Shown: positions 10,129-21,396 of the stretch, in pieces | How positions within the stretch are numbered: position 1 is the first letter of the stretch | How the letters are laid out: each line of letters starts with the position of its first letter | DNA from: Schleiferiaceae bacterium | GTDB taxonomy: Bacteria; Bacteroidota; Bacteroidia; Flavobacteriales; Schleiferiaceae | Reading direction: 5' to 3' | Assembly: GCA_051859825.1 (NCBI GenBank) | Contig: JBHYFA010000001.1 | Coordinates: forward strand, 36,268-100,267 | DNA length: 64,000 nt | The notes under the pieces: model-generated | What the model saw: only the letters and a program-made list of their open reading frames with translations | The model's database searches: none | Told to the model about the DNA's origin: nothing | Position numbers and translations under genes: made by a program

Positions 10129-10833
10129 ATGTCTGAAGCAGCCACACCGAATGATCTTCCGCTTATTTCCCTTGAGCACGCCTACATCTCACAGGTGAAT
10201 AACCTCGTGCTATCAGATGTGAACATGAGCATTTATCCAGGTGATTTTGTTTATCTTATCGGAGCTACGGGCAGCGGAAAATCCTCGTTGTTAAAAACCC
10301 TCTATGCAGATTTACCCCTAAAGGAAGGAAAAGCCTCCGTTGTGGGTTTTGATTTAGATAAACTCAAAGAAAAAGACATCCCTTTTTTACGCAGAAAAAT
10401 AGGCATTGTATTCCAGGATTTCCAACTCCTACCAGACCGCTCCGTGCGCGACAATCTTTTGTTTGTACTAAAAGCAACCGGCTGGAAAGATAAAAAGAAA
10501 ATAGACGACCGTATTCGTTATGTGCTCGAACGGGTAGATATGGGTACCAAGCACTTCAAAATGCCACACCAACTTTCGGGAGGAGAGCAGCAAAGAATCG
10601 CCATTGCGCGTGCCCTACTCAACGATCCCGAACTCATCATCGCCGATGAACCAACAGGAAATCTCGACCCCTCCACCAGTGAGGAAATCATGCTCCTGAT
10701 GAAGGAAATATGCAGCAACGGAAGAGCTATTCTGATGGCAACCCACGACTATTCCCTCATTCTAAAATTCCCTTCACGTACCCTAAAATGTGAAGATGGG
10801 AAAATCTTCGAGACCCTACAAACCCGGCTGTAA
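10129..10833 (+). CDS. ftsE: Cell division ABC transporter ATP-binding protein FtsE
   Basis: Walker A GATGSGKSS. ABC signature LSGGEQQRIAIARAL. Walker B IIADEPTGNLD. H-loop. 234 aa. Confidence 0.8.
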   Translation: MSEAATPNDLPLISLEHAYISQVNNLVLSDVNMSIYPGDFVYLIGATGSGKSSLLKTLYADLPLKEGKASVVGFDLDKLKEKDIPFLRRKIGIVFQDFQLLPDRSVRDNLLFVLKATGWKDKKKIDDRIRYVLERVDMGTKHFKMPHQLSGGEQQRIAIARALLNDPELIIADEPTGNLDPSTSEEIMLLMKEICSNGRAILMATHDYSLILKFPSRTLKCEDGKIFETLQTRL

Positions 10834-10835
10834 AA

Positions 10836-11726
10836 ATGCTGTCGATTCTCATTCCTACCTATAAATACGTGCCCGAGCCTCTCGTACGTGCATTGGTAAT
10901 CCAACTTAAGAAAGTGAGCTTTTCGTGGGAAATCATCGTATCAGACGACTGTTCGGGTACACCCAGCGAAAACGACTTTCAAGTTCTTTCATCTATCCAT
11001 CCAGCAGTGCGTTTTAACATCTTATCAGAAAATCGCGGGCGCTTCGAAAACCGTAGATCCTTAGCACAGCTAGCAAAATATGACAGACTACTATACCTCG
11101 ACGACGACGCGGTACTAGACGAAAGCTTCATAGAAATATACTCGTCTTGGATATCTAAGAAAGAAACGGTTTTTGGCGGGATGAAGTACGCAGAGCGAAT
11201 ACCTGAAGATCCAAAACTTCACCTTCGTTGGAAAGTGGGGAAAAAACGCGAAGAAATTCCCGCCCGCTTACGCAACGAAAAGCCCTACGCGGGAATTCAA
11301 ACTTGCAACTTTATGATTTCCAAAGAAGCGATGTTGGCACTTCCGCAACACAAAGAAATTTACGGATACGGACATGAAGACACTATGATGGGCTACGACT
11401 TGCGTTACGCCTTCGTTCCCGTGGTGCATATCGACAACGCCATTGGGCACTCCAAGCTCGACACGGCAGATGTTTTCCTAGAAAAAACCAGTCAGGCAGT
11501 AAAAAACCTCGCCCGCCTCATCAAAGCAGGAAAAGTAGATGAAAATATCCGACTATATCAATTCTACAGTCGGCTTCAAAAAACGCGAACTACCGGACTT
11601 TTACGCTGGTACGGCAGGCAGAGGGCTGGTAACATCATTCACTCTTTACTGAAACCCAATCCGTCGCTTTACCTTTTCGACTGGTATAAATTGGCTTTAC
11701 TCTGTGTTGAAGTAGAAAAACAATAG
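10836..11726 (+). CDS. Glycosyltransferase family 2-like protein
   Basis: N-terminal LSILIPTYK...SDDCS motif and an LDDDA (DxD-like) motif typical of GT2 enzymes. Confidence 0.5.
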   Translation: MLSILIPTYKYVPEPLVRALVIQLKKVSFSWEIIVSDDCSGTPSENDFQVLSSIHPAVRFNILSENRGRFENRRSLAQLAKYDRLLYLDDDAVLDESFIEIYSSWISKKETVFGGMKYAERIPEDPKLHLRWKVGKKREEIPARLRNEKPYAGIQTCNFMISKEAMLALPQHKEIYGYGHEDTMMGYDLRYAFVPVVHIDNAIGHSKLDTADVFLEKTSQAVKNLARLIKAGKVDENIRLYQFYSRLQKTRTTGLLRWYGRQRAGNIIHSLLKPNPSLYLFDWYKLALLCVEVEKQ

Positions 11727-11784
11727 CCGCACAAAAATCATAATTAGAAGAAGAAAAGAATCCGAGAATACAATTGCTCTAAAC

Positions 11785-11792
11785 TACTTTTG
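11785..11792 (+). promoter_or_regulatory. Candidate -7 promoter element TACTTTTG
   Basis: Matches Bacteroidota TAnnTTTG. About 45 nt upstream of ddl. Confidence 0.35.
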
Positions 11793-11838
11793 CAAATAAC
11801 AATTCATCATAATCATAACCAAGTCTTTCCTCATAAAT

Positions 11839-12825
11839 ATGGGCAAAATAAATATAGCCGTAGTAATGGGCGGCTACTCCGGGGAGTTTGAAGTTAGCAT
11901 GGGCAGTGGCTCCATCGTTGTAGAACACCTTAAACGAGTACGCAATTGGAGTATTTACCCAGTTTACATTACCAATGAGGGTTGGTTTGCTGGAGAAAAT
12001 AAATATGATGTAGATAAATCCAACTTCACCTTTATTGACGGCTCTGGTGATAGAATAGTCTTTGACGGTGTTTTTGTTGCTGTTCACGGCACTCCCGCAG
12101 AAGACGGAAAACTTTTGGCTTACTTCGACCTACTAGATATTCCCTATACCACATCCTCGCATTTCGCATCAGCGCTTACTTTCAATAAAGCTGAATGTAA
12201 TATGGTTTTAGCTTCTGGCGGCTTCCGGGTGGCTAAGGCCATGTATTTCACTCCGGGAATGACCATTGACCCACAAGAAGTAATCAAAAAATTAGGGCTT
12301 CCGGTTTTTGTAAAGCCCAACTGTAGTGGTTCGAGTTTAGGCGTAAGTAAAGTTAAGAGCCTCGAAGGTTTGCTTCCGGCATTTGAAGCGGCAAGAAAGG
12401 AAAGTCCGCAGGTACTTATTGAGTCTGGAATTACCGGGACTGAATTGGCGTGCGGCATACATAATCTCAGAGGAAAACCCACTGCGATGGCGGTAACAGA
12501 AGTTGTTCCCAAGAATGAGTTTTTCGACTACGAATCGAAGTACAGTGGGATGTCGGAAGAGATTACGCCCGCCCGCATTTCTCAGGAAAATATCGACAAA
12601 ATTATGCGTACTACGGAAGAAGTCTATGCGCTTTTGCAGCTAAATGGATTAGCTCGCGTTGACTATATCCTCACTCCGGAGGGTGAAGCTTTCTTAATTG
12701 AAGTCAACACCGTTCCTGGGTTGTCTGCGGAATCCATTATTCCGAAGCAAGTACGTTATTTAGGGATAGATTTGGGTGAATTGTTCGCTGGCTTGGTATC
12801 TACAGCATGTAATCTTGCCAACTAA
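11839..12825 (+). CDS. ddl: D-alanine--D-alanine ligase
   Basis: N-terminal KINIAVVMGGYSGEFEVSMGSG. ATP-grasp motifs FVKPNCSGSSLGVSKV and ARVDY. 328 aa. Confidence 0.85.
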   Translation: MGKINIAVVMGGYSGEFEVSMGSGSIVVEHLKRVRNWSIYPVYITNEGWFAGENKYDVDKSNFTFIDGSGDRIVFDGVFVAVHGTPAEDGKLLAYFDLLDIPYTTSSHFASALTFNKAECNMVLASGGFRVAKAMYFTPGMTIDPQEVIKKLGLPVFVKPNCSGSSLGVSKVKSLEGLLPAFEAARKESPQVLIESGITGTELACGIHNLRGKPTAMAVTEVVPKNEFFDYESKYSGMSEEITPARISQENIDKIMRTTEEVYALLQLNGLARVDYILTPEGEAFLIEVNTVPGLSAESIIPKQVRYLGIDLGELFAGLVSTACNLAN

Positions 12826-14459
12826 AACCGACTGATATATCCAACGTGCAGGGTGGCCGCCTGGAAGTCGAAGTTAGCATCGCCCTGTTTACCCACCGCG
12901 TAAATAAGTTGCAAAACCCCAAGTTCGGTTTGAAAACTCATACCTGCACCGATGGCGTAGCGGTTTTGTTGACCAGCGAGAAAGGCGCTTTTATTTTCCA
13001 AAAAGCCTACATCACCAAGTAGCTGAATATAGCTAAAACGGTCGAGGGCAAAGCGTAATTCGGTACTTTGGATAAAGAACGCGCTGGCAAAAAGACTTTG
13101 CTCATTTACTCCGCGTAAACTCTGAATACCACCGGTTCGAAAGACTTCGTTAGGAAGGTAAGTTTCACTTTGTAGCCATCCCGCCTGCGTTCTACTGTAG
13201 GCACTAAAACGCCCCCAGATGGGTTGAAAATATTCCAAGCGAGTACGTCCAATCCACTGGTTGGCGCGGTTTTCTCCAGCTCTTGTACCCGTACCAATAT
13301 TTCCACTAAATCGAACACCTTTGGTTGGAAGAAAGAAGTGGTCGGTATTATCCACTTCGAGTCCGAGGCGCACAAACTGTGCAGAAAAACCTTGAGCTCC
13401 TTCAATAAAACTTTCGTCTGATAAAATCACCGAGCGACGTCCTTCGTAAAGCAATCGCAGGCGCGCGTCTTTTGAAACCCAAAATCGCAATCCAGCTTCA
13501 AAATCAATATTCACAAATGAGGAATCTTGACGAAGAAACTCGAGTCCGCCCGTAATTCCAATTGGCAAATCAAAGGGGAAAGGAATACTCAAGTCTAAAT
13601 CCAGCATTTGCATTTCCACTCCCGGGCGACGCCATTGGATTTCCACGCGTTCACCTTTATTAAGGGTGTTTTGCAAAAGAACATCCACTTCGCCCGTTAC
13701 TGTAACCCCACCACCTTGGAGCGAGTTGAGCCCCGCGATACCATTAAATCGATTGTTCTTTTCCTTTTCAACATAAAGGAAAACCACATTTTTCTCTTTA
13801 GAAAAAAGCACTTGCGGGGGTCGGGCAAAACCGATATACGGAATACGCTCTACCCTTCGTGTGAGGGCTTGAATGTTTTTCTCACTGTAAGGCATACCCG
13901 TACGCAATCCCAGTTCAAAACGCAACAAAGACTTTCGCACTTTATCATAACCCTTTAACGATATAGAGTCTATGCGAATGTACGGCCCTGGATTAAGACT
14001 TGCCTTTCCACTGAGCACGCCTTCAGAAACGTTGAAATCCGTAATCGACAAATTAGCAAAAGGATAGCCGTTATTCTCATAAAACTTTAGCACATCCACC
14101 ATCCACTCGGTAGGGTGTTTATCGGGACTTTCGGCTTTCAGACGTTTTATTATTCGCTGAGAAACGGAATCGAGTTCGAGGTTTTCCCAGCCAAAGTTTG
14201 GGCCTTTAAAAAGTTGGATTTGCACGGTATCCAATATGGTATCGGTTTGAAAACGAGCAAGCCAATGCAAATCTTTCTGAGCGTCCGAAACCCATTTTTC
14301 CAGTACGGCTTGCCATGTACTAGGAGGTTTTTTTTCCAAATCAGAAATTTCATTTTCCGAAATATGCTCGTCGGCGGGAATCCATTTCACGTGATATTCT
14401 TGTCCACACAGAGCAAGCGAACAAAAGAAAAAGAGAAAGAAAAATACGAAGCGGTTCAT
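12822..14459 (-). CDS. BamA/TamA-family (surface antigen D15) outer-membrane protein
   Basis: Signal peptide. POTRA-like N-terminal region. C-terminal beta-barrel with aromatic-rich strands (LGLEVDNTDHFFLPTKG, GAGMSFQTELG). 545 aa. Confidence 0.6.
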   Translation of the reverse strand: MNRFVFFFLFFFCSLALCGQEYHVKWIPADEHISENEISDLEKKPPSTWQAVLEKWVSDAQKDLHWLARFQTDTILDTVQIQLFKGPNFGWENLELDSVSQRIIKRLKAESPDKHPTEWMVDVLKFYENNGYPFANLSITDFNVSEGVLSGKASLNPGPYIRIDSISLKGYDKVRKSLLRFELGLRTGMPYSEKNIQALTRRVERIPYIGFARPPQVLFSKEKNVVFLYVEKEKNNRFNGIAGLNSLQGGGVTVTGEVDVLLQNTLNKGERVEIQWRRPGVEMQMLDLDLSIPFPFDLPIGITGGLEFLRQDSSFVNIDFEAGLRFWVSKDARLRLLYEGRRSVILSDESFIEGAQGFSAQFVRLGLEVDNTDHFFLPTKGVRFSGNIGTGTRAGENRANQWIGRTRLEYFQPIWGRFSAYSRTQAGWLQSETYLPNEVFRTGGIQSLRGVNEQSLFASAFFIQSTELRFALDRFSYIQLLGDVGFLENKSAFLAGQQNRYAIGAGMSFQTELGVLQLIYAVGKQGDANFDFQAATLHVGYISRF

Positions 14460-14743
14460 TGAAAATCACGTGAAAATATTTCAACGCTATAAAGTACGCA
14501 AAAGTGCTGTTTTTATTTCAGAAAACAATACTTCAGCAAAGATTTTTTAGACCAAATGCGAAAGCGCGTTAAACAAGTCGATTTTTACTGTATTTTTGTA
14601 TATTGTTTTTCTCTTTAGTCATTCGATGTTCGATTGAATAGCTTGAAAAATATTTTTGGATAAAAAGAGTTGTAAACAAAAGCTCGTATATCTACTGTTT
14701 AATATTTGAATAGGTTAAAAACCTACGCATAATTTTTTTGCTT

Positions 14744-14863
14744 ATGAAGAAGCTACTTTTCGGTCTATTAGGCATTATGATGCTATTAAGCGCTTGTGGT
14801 TCTAAAGAAAAATGTCCTGCATTTGTTGATTCTGAATTTGATCGTACGGAGGTAAAAAGTTAA
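14744..14863 (+). CDS. Small putative lipoprotein (39 aa), not in the supplied ORF track
   Basis: ATG at 14744. MKKLLFGLLGIMMLLSACGSKEKCPAFVDSEFDRTEVKS. Classic lipobox LSAC. Stop at 14861-14863. Confidence 0.35.
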   Translation: MKKLLFGLLGIMMLLSACGSKEKCPAFVDSEFDRTEVKS

Positions 14864-14883
14864 AATTTCGTATTAGTTCGTGT

Positions 14884-15636
14884 ATGAAGAGTTGGATGCA
14901 GATTTACTTTTTGGTTATCGCTGCGGGTTTGTTTTTATCAAGCCCCGGCACTGCCTATGCACAACTCACAACCGATGCTGACTTCAAGCGGCAGGTTTAC
15001 GATAAAGATTATTCGATAGGGTTACTTCTTCATACTCGTGGTTTTGGAGTTACAGGCAGATACGGAATTCTCACCAGTGGGTTCAGCAAAAATGCCATTG
15101 AATTTGATATTGTAAATATGCGGCATCCCAAGGAGACCCGTACTTTTACAGATTTGCTTTCCAACTCAACAGGTTTTGTTTTTGGAAGACTCAATAGTTT
15201 TTTTGTGATTCGCACGGGATATCATCGAGAGCGAATTATGTACGACAAAACAGATCAAGGTACATTATCTGCTTCATGGTTTTACAGTATTGGAGCATCA
15301 TGGGGGTTTTTAAAACCGGTATATTTGGAAATAGAGGACTTCGAAACACGAGTGGTGCGAACGGAGCGTTACGATCCTCAGAATACGGAAGGTTTTGTGC
15401 GTGGGCAAGCTCGATTTGGAACTGGCCTAGGAGAAACACAAATTCGCCCTGGTATTTATGTTAAATCTGGTTTCAGTATTGACAACCACGAGGCGGATAA
15501 TCGAATCCGCAGTTTAGAAATGGGAGTAATTGTTGACGCCTATCCGAGTGAGATACCCATCATGCACGACACTTCAAACAATCAGATTTTTTTTCAGTTA
15601 TATATGGCAATAAACTTTGGTAAAAAATGGAATTAA
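14884..15636 (+). CDS. Hypothetical outer-membrane protein
   Basis: Signal peptide [27 protein letters not shown]. Beta-strand-like alternation. Ends in ...INFGKKWN. Confidence 0.45.
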   Translation: MKSWMQIYFLVIAAGLFLSSPGTAYAQLTTDADFKRQVYDKDYSIGLLLHTRGFGVTGRYGILTSGFSKNAIEFDIVNMRHPKETRTFTDLLSNSTGFVFGRLNSFFVIRTGYHRERIMYDKTDQGTLSASWFYSIGASWGFLKPVYLEIEDFETRVVRTERYDPQNTEGFVRGQARFGTGLGETQIRPGIYVKSGFSIDNHEADNRIRSLEMGVIVDAYPSEIPIMHDTSNNQIFFQLYMAINFGKKWN

Positions 15637-16514
15637 ATATCCAAGAGAATACACAACCAAAAGAACGCGTAAATAAAGGAAAGCCCAAATGGCTTAGGGT
15701 TAAATTACCTGTTGGGCAAAACTATAAGGCCGTTCGCAAGTTGGTCGATGAGTACAAATTGCACACGATATGCGAAAGTGGCAACTGTCCTAATATGGGC
15801 GAATGCTGGGGTGCAGGCACAGCCACTTTCATGATATTAGGTAACACTTGCACACGCTCGTGTGGGTTTTGCGCGGTACACACCGGCAGACCCGATACGG
15901 TTGAATGGGATGAACCAGAAAAGGTAGCGCTTTCTGTTAAGCGAATGAAAATAAAGCATGCGGTAATCACTTCGGTTGATCGTGATGATTTAGCGGATGG
16001 CGGGAGTATTATTTGGGCCGAAACTGTTCGAGCCATTCGTAGAATATCTCCGGGCACCACTTTAGAAACGCTGATTCCCGACTTCAAGGGTGAAAAACAC
16101 AATATTGCTAGAGTTGCGGCGGTAAAGCCAGAGATTGTCTCTCACAATATGGAAACGGTTCGCCGCTTGACTCGCAAAGTAAGAATTCAAGCGCAGTACG
16201 ATCGTAGTTTGGGTGTGCTAGCATACCTAAAAGACTGCGGTGTTGAACGTACAAAAAGTGGTATTATGCTCGGTTTGGGTGAGCATCAGGAAGAAGTGCT
16301 TGAGTCATTGCATGATTTAAGAAAAAACGATGTAGATATTATTACTCTTGGTCAGTATCTGCAACCAACAACAAAACACCTTCCGGTGGTGGAATATATT
16401 GAACCGGAAATTTTTGATTTTTATAAGGCCGAAGGTCTAAAAATGGGCTTCAAATATGTGGAAAGTGGACCGCTTGTTCGCTCTTCATATCATGCGGAAA
16501 AACATTTGTTTTAG
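15627..16514 (+). CDS. lipA: Lipoyl synthase
   Basis: [13 protein letters not shown]-terminal Fe-S cluster motif and radical-SAM CTRSCGFC motif. 295 aa. Confidence 0.9.
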   Translation: MELNIQENTQPKERVNKGKPKWLRVKLPVGQNYKAVRKLVDEYKLHTICESGNCPNMGECWGAGTATFMILGNTCTRSCGFCAVHTGRPDTVEWDEPEKVALSVKRMKIKHAVITSVDRDDLADGGSIIWAETVRAIRRISPGTTLETLIPDFKGEKHNIARVAAVKPEIVSHNMETVRRLTRKVRIQAQYDRSLGVLAYLKDCGVERTKSGIMLGLGEHQEEVLESLHDLRKNDVDIITLGQYLQPTTKHLPVVEYIEPEIFDFYKAEGLKMGFKYVESGPLVRSSYHAEKHLF

Positions 16515-16611
16515 ATATTTCGTCAAATAAAAATTTTGTATTAACTTAGCGTTTACGTTTGAAGAACGGCTACATTACTTACCAACCCATTGGGTTATAA
16601 TCATTTAAAAC

Positions 16612-19600
16612 ATGAAGAAGAGAACAGTATTCTTGAGTTCGCTCGCCGCATTTGTGGCTTTTGGCGCCATTTTATTGAGCACTCAACGAAACGAAATGAA
16701 AGAGGAAGGCCCTCTTTACCAGCCCCGCAATGCTTCGATGAATCAGAGCTGGGATGCTAAAGGTTCGGCTGAATGGCTACACGCAATCCGTGCAAATCAA
16801 GTTACCGGTGAAATTGATCCTCAGGATTTTTTCAACGCACGGGAAGCAGCTAAACTTATGCGTCAACAAGAAAATGTTGGAAGCCTAAGTTGGGAGGAAT
16901 TAGGTCCTGATAATGTTGGTGGTAGAACGCGTGCATTTTTAATTGATCGAAATGATCCCAATTTACTATATGCTGGAGGTGTAAGCGGTGGTCTTTTTTA
17001 CTCAAACACCAGAGGATCGTCTTGGCTGAAAGTGAATGACTTCCAAGAAAACCTAGCCGTTGTATCCATAGCCCAAGCCGTTAACGGGGATATTTATTAT
17101 GGAACCGGTGAAGGTATGTATTATTTTACAAGCGGAACTGGAACGGGTGGTATTTTAGGTGGGGGTTTATTCAGAAAACTAGCCAATGGAAACGAGTTCA
17201 ACGTAATACCTTCTACCATTCCAACACCTTCGAATGCAACCGGAGTAAATTTTGCTTCAATTGGAGTAGTTATAACGGATTTAGTAGATTCTAATAAATT
17301 ATGGATTGGTACCAACCAAGGTTATTTCATTTCTACTGACGCAGGAGCTACATGGAATAATGCTATTGGAATATCTGGAAATGCAACGGATGGTGTAATG
17401 GATAAAAATGGCGGGCACTGGATATCTGTTGGAACGCGTGGTTTTTATTCTCCAACAGGTGACCCCCAAACATTTGTCGAAATAACTTCCCCAACACCAG
17501 GAGCGGGTCAATTACCTCGCTCAATAGGAAGAATGGTTTTCGCCGTATCGCCTCAAGACGCTGATTATGTTTACTGTGTTCAAACCACTGGCTTTGGCTC
17601 TTCCAATTCGCAATTTCATGAAGCTTATCGTACTACAGATGGTGGAACAACTTGGACTCGTATTGGAGTGCGTACAAGCTCATTCAATCCACATGGTCGT
17701 CAGGGAGGTTTTGACCACGCAGTTACGGTTGACGCTTGGAACAAAGACCGCGTGTTTGTAGGTGGCGTCGATTTCTATGAGTGGTCTTTATCCGGCGGAT
17801 GGCAGCAAGTTGCTTCACGCTTCCGCGGCTCGCCATTTTATGTGCACGTTGACCACCATAGATTTGTTTGCGACACTACCCAGCCAGGCTTGATTTACGC
17901 AGTAAATGATGGTGGAATCTTCCGCAGCACAAACTTTGGCAATACTTGGGTAGATATAAGTAAAAACTATATTACCTCACAATTTTACGGAATTGGCTTT
18001 TCTTCCACTGGGGGTAAGGTAATGGGTGGAACGCAAGATAACGGGACAATTCTTATTGATGGTACGGGAAACACTAAAAAGGCAGGTATTCGTACTCCGG
18101 GAATTGACTACAGAGGAGGAATACGTGACGGTGATGGTGGATTCGCCGAAATCAGTAGCTTTAACTCAAATGTAATGGTCAAAGCTATGCAATACGGAAT
18201 CCTTGGAAGATCAAATAATGGAGGCGAAACCTTTAATGAGTTCTACAACTTTGTTAGAATGGATCCCGATCAAATATCTGCTGGGCTAAGTCCAGTATTC
18301 GCACCCTTTGTTACTCCTTTCTTACTTTGGGAAGATCAATTTGATGAAAATTCTCAAGACACTCTTCGTTTTATCGCTAGAGACGCATTCAAAAATATAG
18401 GTTTTGGATTGGAAAGAAGCAACTTTAGTGGTTTTATAGACAGGCCTCAAGCTTCTGCTGAATTTGTTCCTGGAACTTTCACAGTTATTGCTACTCCAGA
18501 TACTCTAACAACTGACCTAAACGGAAATATCGTAGGTCCTGGCAGTGGAAGCTTTGATTATAACACTGGTGAATATAATATAACTTTCAACCGTCAAGGT
18601 GGAGTTACAGCTCAAATAAGCGCGACTTGCGCGGTACGTTATAATGCCAATGATACCATAACAGTATTGAGTAGAACCCAAGAGATTCCTATCAGACATG
18701 TATTGGCTACGAATCTTAATCCAAACGATACTATTCCCATTTTGGATAAAGTACAATCCATGTTTGCTGTAGGTCTTAACTCTTATGTCACTTCCAACAA
18801 TAGACTCCGTGGTGGTTTATGGCTTACTCGTGGTCTTTCCGACTTCTCTACTGCAACTCCAGAATGGTATCAAGTTGCTCATTTTGGTGGATCAGTTTCT
18901 GGCAACAATATCACCACTGTAAACATTTCTGCTTTGGCGTTTTCAAGAGACGGTGATATGTTATTGGTTGGTCTTACTAATGGTGGACTACACCGTATCA
19001 CCGGTCTTGCAACAAACCGAGATTTTGCCACCATGGACATTAGTTCCAATGACTATAACCTTCAAGTAGAGCAAATTGGTAGCTTTGGAAGATTTATTAC
19101 AGGTATTGATATTGATCAAACTAATCCTGACAGGGTAATTTTAACACTCGGAGGGTATGGAAACTCAAACAATATTCGATATTCCAACAATGCAACCAGT
19201 TCAAATCCTAGCTTTAATAGCAGGCAAGGAAACTTACCCGCAATGCCTGTTTATAGCGCAGTCTTTAATATAAATGCACCAGATGAAGTTGTAGTTGGAA
19301 CCGACTTTGGAATATTCTCTACTTCCAATATTAATTCAAGTAGTCCAAACTGGGTGGCTGATAAAGGAGACTTTGCCAACGTACCAGTATTTATGTTGAG
19401 ACAACAACGCAATGAAATTGCAAGTAGAGATACCATCAATCAGAGATTCAACGGAGTCTTATATGCTGCATCGCACGGTAGAGGTATGTGGAAAACTGGC
19501 GACCTAGCCACTGCCAATCCTCTTTCGGTAAGAAATGAAGAGTTGATAGAAGACAAGGAAAACCTTTTGGTGTTCCCTAATCCCACCGCAGACTTCACTA

Positions 19601-19809
19601 ATATCCGTCTTGAATTACCAAGACCCGGTGACGTTCGCGTAAGTATTAGAGATATGCAAGGTTCTCAAGTTCGATCCTTAAATATTAAAGGACTAGCTCA
19701 AGGTACTCAAGACGTAGAGGTAAGTCTTGAAGGACTAAAAGCTGGAACCTATATAATCCTAGTTTCTTCGCCTCAAGGTGAACGAACTGCCAAGGTTGTG
19801 AAATTGTAG
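16612..19809 (+). CDS. Large secreted BNR/Asp-box repeat (sortilin/xyloglucanase-like) protein with a T9SS C-terminal sorting domain
   Basis: Signal peptide. Multiple SxDxGxTW Asp-box motifs (STDAGATW, TTDGGTTW, STNFGNTW). C-terminal approx. 90 aa match the T9SS CTD (LLVFPNPTADFTNIRLEL...GTYIILVSS...KVVKL). Confidence 0.7.
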   Translation: MKKRTVFLSSLAAFVAFGAILLSTQRNEMKEEGPLYQPRNASMNQSWDAKGSAEWLHAIRANQVTGEIDPQDFFNAREAAKLMRQQENVGSLSWEELGPDNVGGRTRAFLIDRNDPNLLYAGGVSGGLFYSNTRGSSWLKVNDFQENLAVVSIAQAVNGDIYYGTGEGMYYFTSGTGTGGILGGGLFRKLANGNEFNVIPSTIPTPSNATGVNFASIGVVITDLVDSNKLWIGTNQGYFISTDAGATWNNAIGISGNATDGVMDKNGGHWISVGTRGFYSPTGDPQTFVEITSPTPGAGQLPRSIGRMVFAVSPQDADYVYCVQTTGFGSSNSQFHEAYRTTDGGTTWTRIGVRTSSFNPHGRQGGFDHAVTVDAWNKDRVFVGGVDFYEWSLSGGWQQVASRFRGSPFYVHVDHHRFVCDTTQPGLIYAVNDGGIFRSTNFGNTWVDISKNYITSQFYGIGFSSTGGKVMGGTQDNGTILIDGTGNTKKAGIRTPGIDYRGGIRDGDGGFAEISSFNSNVMVKAMQYGILGRSNNGGETFNEFYNFVRMDPDQISAGLSPVFAPFVTPFLLWEDQFDENSQDTLRFIARDAFKNIGFGLERSNFSGFIDRPQASAEFVPGTFTVIATPDTLTTDLNGNIVGPGSGSFDYNTGEYNITFNRQGGVTAQISATCAVRYNANDTITVLSRTQEIPIRHVLATNLNPNDTIPILDKVQSMFAVGLNSYVTSNNRLRGGLWLTRGLSDFSTATPEWYQVAHFGGSVSGNNITTVNISALAFSRDGDMLLVGLTNGGLHRITGLATNRDFATMDISSNDYNLQVEQIGSFGRFITGIDIDQTNPDRVILTLGGYGNSNNIRYSNNATSSNPSFNSRQGNLPAMPVYSAVFNINAPDEVVVGTDFGIFSTSNINSSSPNWVADKGDFANVPVFMLRQQRNEIASRDTINQRFNGVLYAASHGRGMWKTGDLATANPLSVRNEELIEDKENLLVFPNPTADFTNIRLELPRPGDVRVSIRDMQGSQVRSLNIKGLAQGTQDVEVSLEGLKAGTYIILVSSPQGERTAKVVKL

Positions 19810-19832
19810 TTTTCCAGTAAAGTGAACTTTAA

Positions 19833-19866
19833 AGGGGTGACTTACTTAGTCACCCCTTTTTTTGTG
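19833..19866 (+). terminator. Rho-independent terminator (AGGGGTGACTtacttAGTCACCCCT plus T-run)
   Basis: Perfect 10-bp stem followed by TTTTTTT. 25 nt after the stop of the BNR/T9SS gene. Confidence 0.6.
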
Positions 19867-20055
19867 TCATACGGTGACACAAGGACAAAAACTGGTGGAA
19901 AAAAAATTCAAAAAAAAAGAAAAAAATTTATTTTTAGACAATTTCAGGACACAAAAGTAGAAGGGATTTGACAGACCTTTGGCTTGTTGAAAAAAAGATA
20001 CTTTCTTCAACACAGAAAAAATTCACATTTGTTAAACTGAAATTTTTAGTCATCA

Positions 20056-20522
20056 TGAAAACGTTGAATCAAACCCCAGCTAAAGACAGAAAGCACTACG
20101 TGAAGATTGTTCTTAACCTTCACAAAAAACTAAACTTGCTAAATAAAATTACCAAAGAGTGTACAGCGATTTATCCTACCAATATTAACAAGCCATATTC
20201 ACGAAGAATGCAGAATATTACCAACGATCTAGTTACTACCTTAGTAAACGGATATGAAAAACCACAATTACGATCCACCCTTAGCGTTTTACACAAAAAA
20301 CTACAAAGCTTAAAATTGTGCTGGGAAGATGGACAAGCACGTGGACTCGTTCCTTGCTTAGAAAAGGAAATCGTTATTGATATCATCAAACAGCTTAGAC
20401 GAGAGATAAAAGAAGATCTAGCTTTTATTGTGACTCAAAAGGCTTTTTCAAACGTTGAAAAAACAGAATTCTTGACTTCTTCGAGGCAACAAGCGAGGTC
20501 GAATTCGATATTTGTTTCATAA
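20056..20522 (+). CDS. Hypothetical protein (no recognisable domain) in an AT-rich island
   Basis: ORF 19968-20522 trimmed to the MKTLNQ start at 20056. Basic, K/L-rich. 3' end overlaps the convergent HTH gene. Confidence 0.3.
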
Positions 20523-21396
20523 ACCAATTTTGCAAATCTTGGCAAAAATTGTTCTCATCAATTCTGAGATAATTTATTCCTGCATAAGACACGTAAGCTA
20601 CATTCTTAACCGGAGTGGTAACAAGTCCGTTACTTGCCATCATAAGAAAATCAACTTCGTAAATGCGCCAGGCTTTAGTATCGTGTTCAAATTGCTTCAT
20701 CTCAGAGCAAACTCGATCCATGAGTCGAATAACAGATTGATTGATATCCGTGGCATCCGAATCAGTAAGTTGTCCTAATGTTTGATAGTATTCGATTTGC
20801 CTAGATAAGTTGGTCAAAGTGTTTAAACTCCATATTTCGCAACGATTGAGCCGATTATAACTTTTATAAAACTCACCGCATGCGCGAAAAATCTCGTCGG
20901 GAATAAAATTGAAGTAATGAGAAAAAGTTTTTCCAGGAAGAAGTTCACTCAACCACACAGCAATTTTAAATCGAATAAGCGTAGGATCAGAAAAAAATAA
21001 AAACACCGGCAAATCCCGAGCGGCATAAAAAAACTCGTGAGGAACTGAGGCTAAACGATTCAGCTCTTCGACAGTTAGATTTAAATAATTCAGCAAATCA
21101 TCAATGTCGCGAATAAAATTTGGCCTTCGAACCATAAAATCCGTTTCTGGATTCATTACTAACTGATCCAAAGAAACACCAAAAGCGGAAGCTAATAACA
21201 TATAGTCCCTAGAAGTCAGCGTGGTCTCGCAACGTATTTTTTTATATGCCGCTGACTTCGAAATATCTAAAATATCCGAAACCTCACTACCTAAATTATT
21301 GCTCTCAAAACGTTTCGCCTTTATATGATCAAAGAAAACCCTTTGAATTTCTAGCAATTTATTCTCTTCCATTGTGTCCAATTTGAAAGTTTGCAA
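20425..21396 (-). CDS. Helix-turn-helix (XRE-like) domain protein
   Basis: N-terminal segment SEVSDILDISKSAAYKKIRCETTLTSRDYMLLASAFGVSLDQLV resembles an HTH. A 250-aa C-terminal domain of unknown function follows. Confidence 0.5.
   Translation of the reverse strand: MQTFKLDTMEENKLLEIQRVFFDHIKAKRFESNNLGSEVSDILDISKSAAYKKIRCETTLTSRDYMLLASAFGVSLDQLVMNPETDFMVRRPNFIRDIDDLLNYLNLTVEELNRLASVPHEFFYAARDLPVFLFFSDPTLIRFKIAVWLSELLPGKTFSHYFNFIPDEIFRACGEFYKSYNRLNRCEIWSLNTLTNLSRQIEYYQTLGQLTDSDATDINQSVIRLMDRVCSEMKQFEHDTKAWRIYEVDFLMMASNGLVTTPVKNVAYVSYAGINYLRIDENNFCQDLQNWFMKQISNSTSLVASKKSRILFFQRLKKPFESQ

Noticed and set aside
19968-20055. N-terminal 29 codons of the 184-aa ORF
   Set aside because: Low-complexity extension upstream of a better start (MKTLNQ). 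Trimmed.
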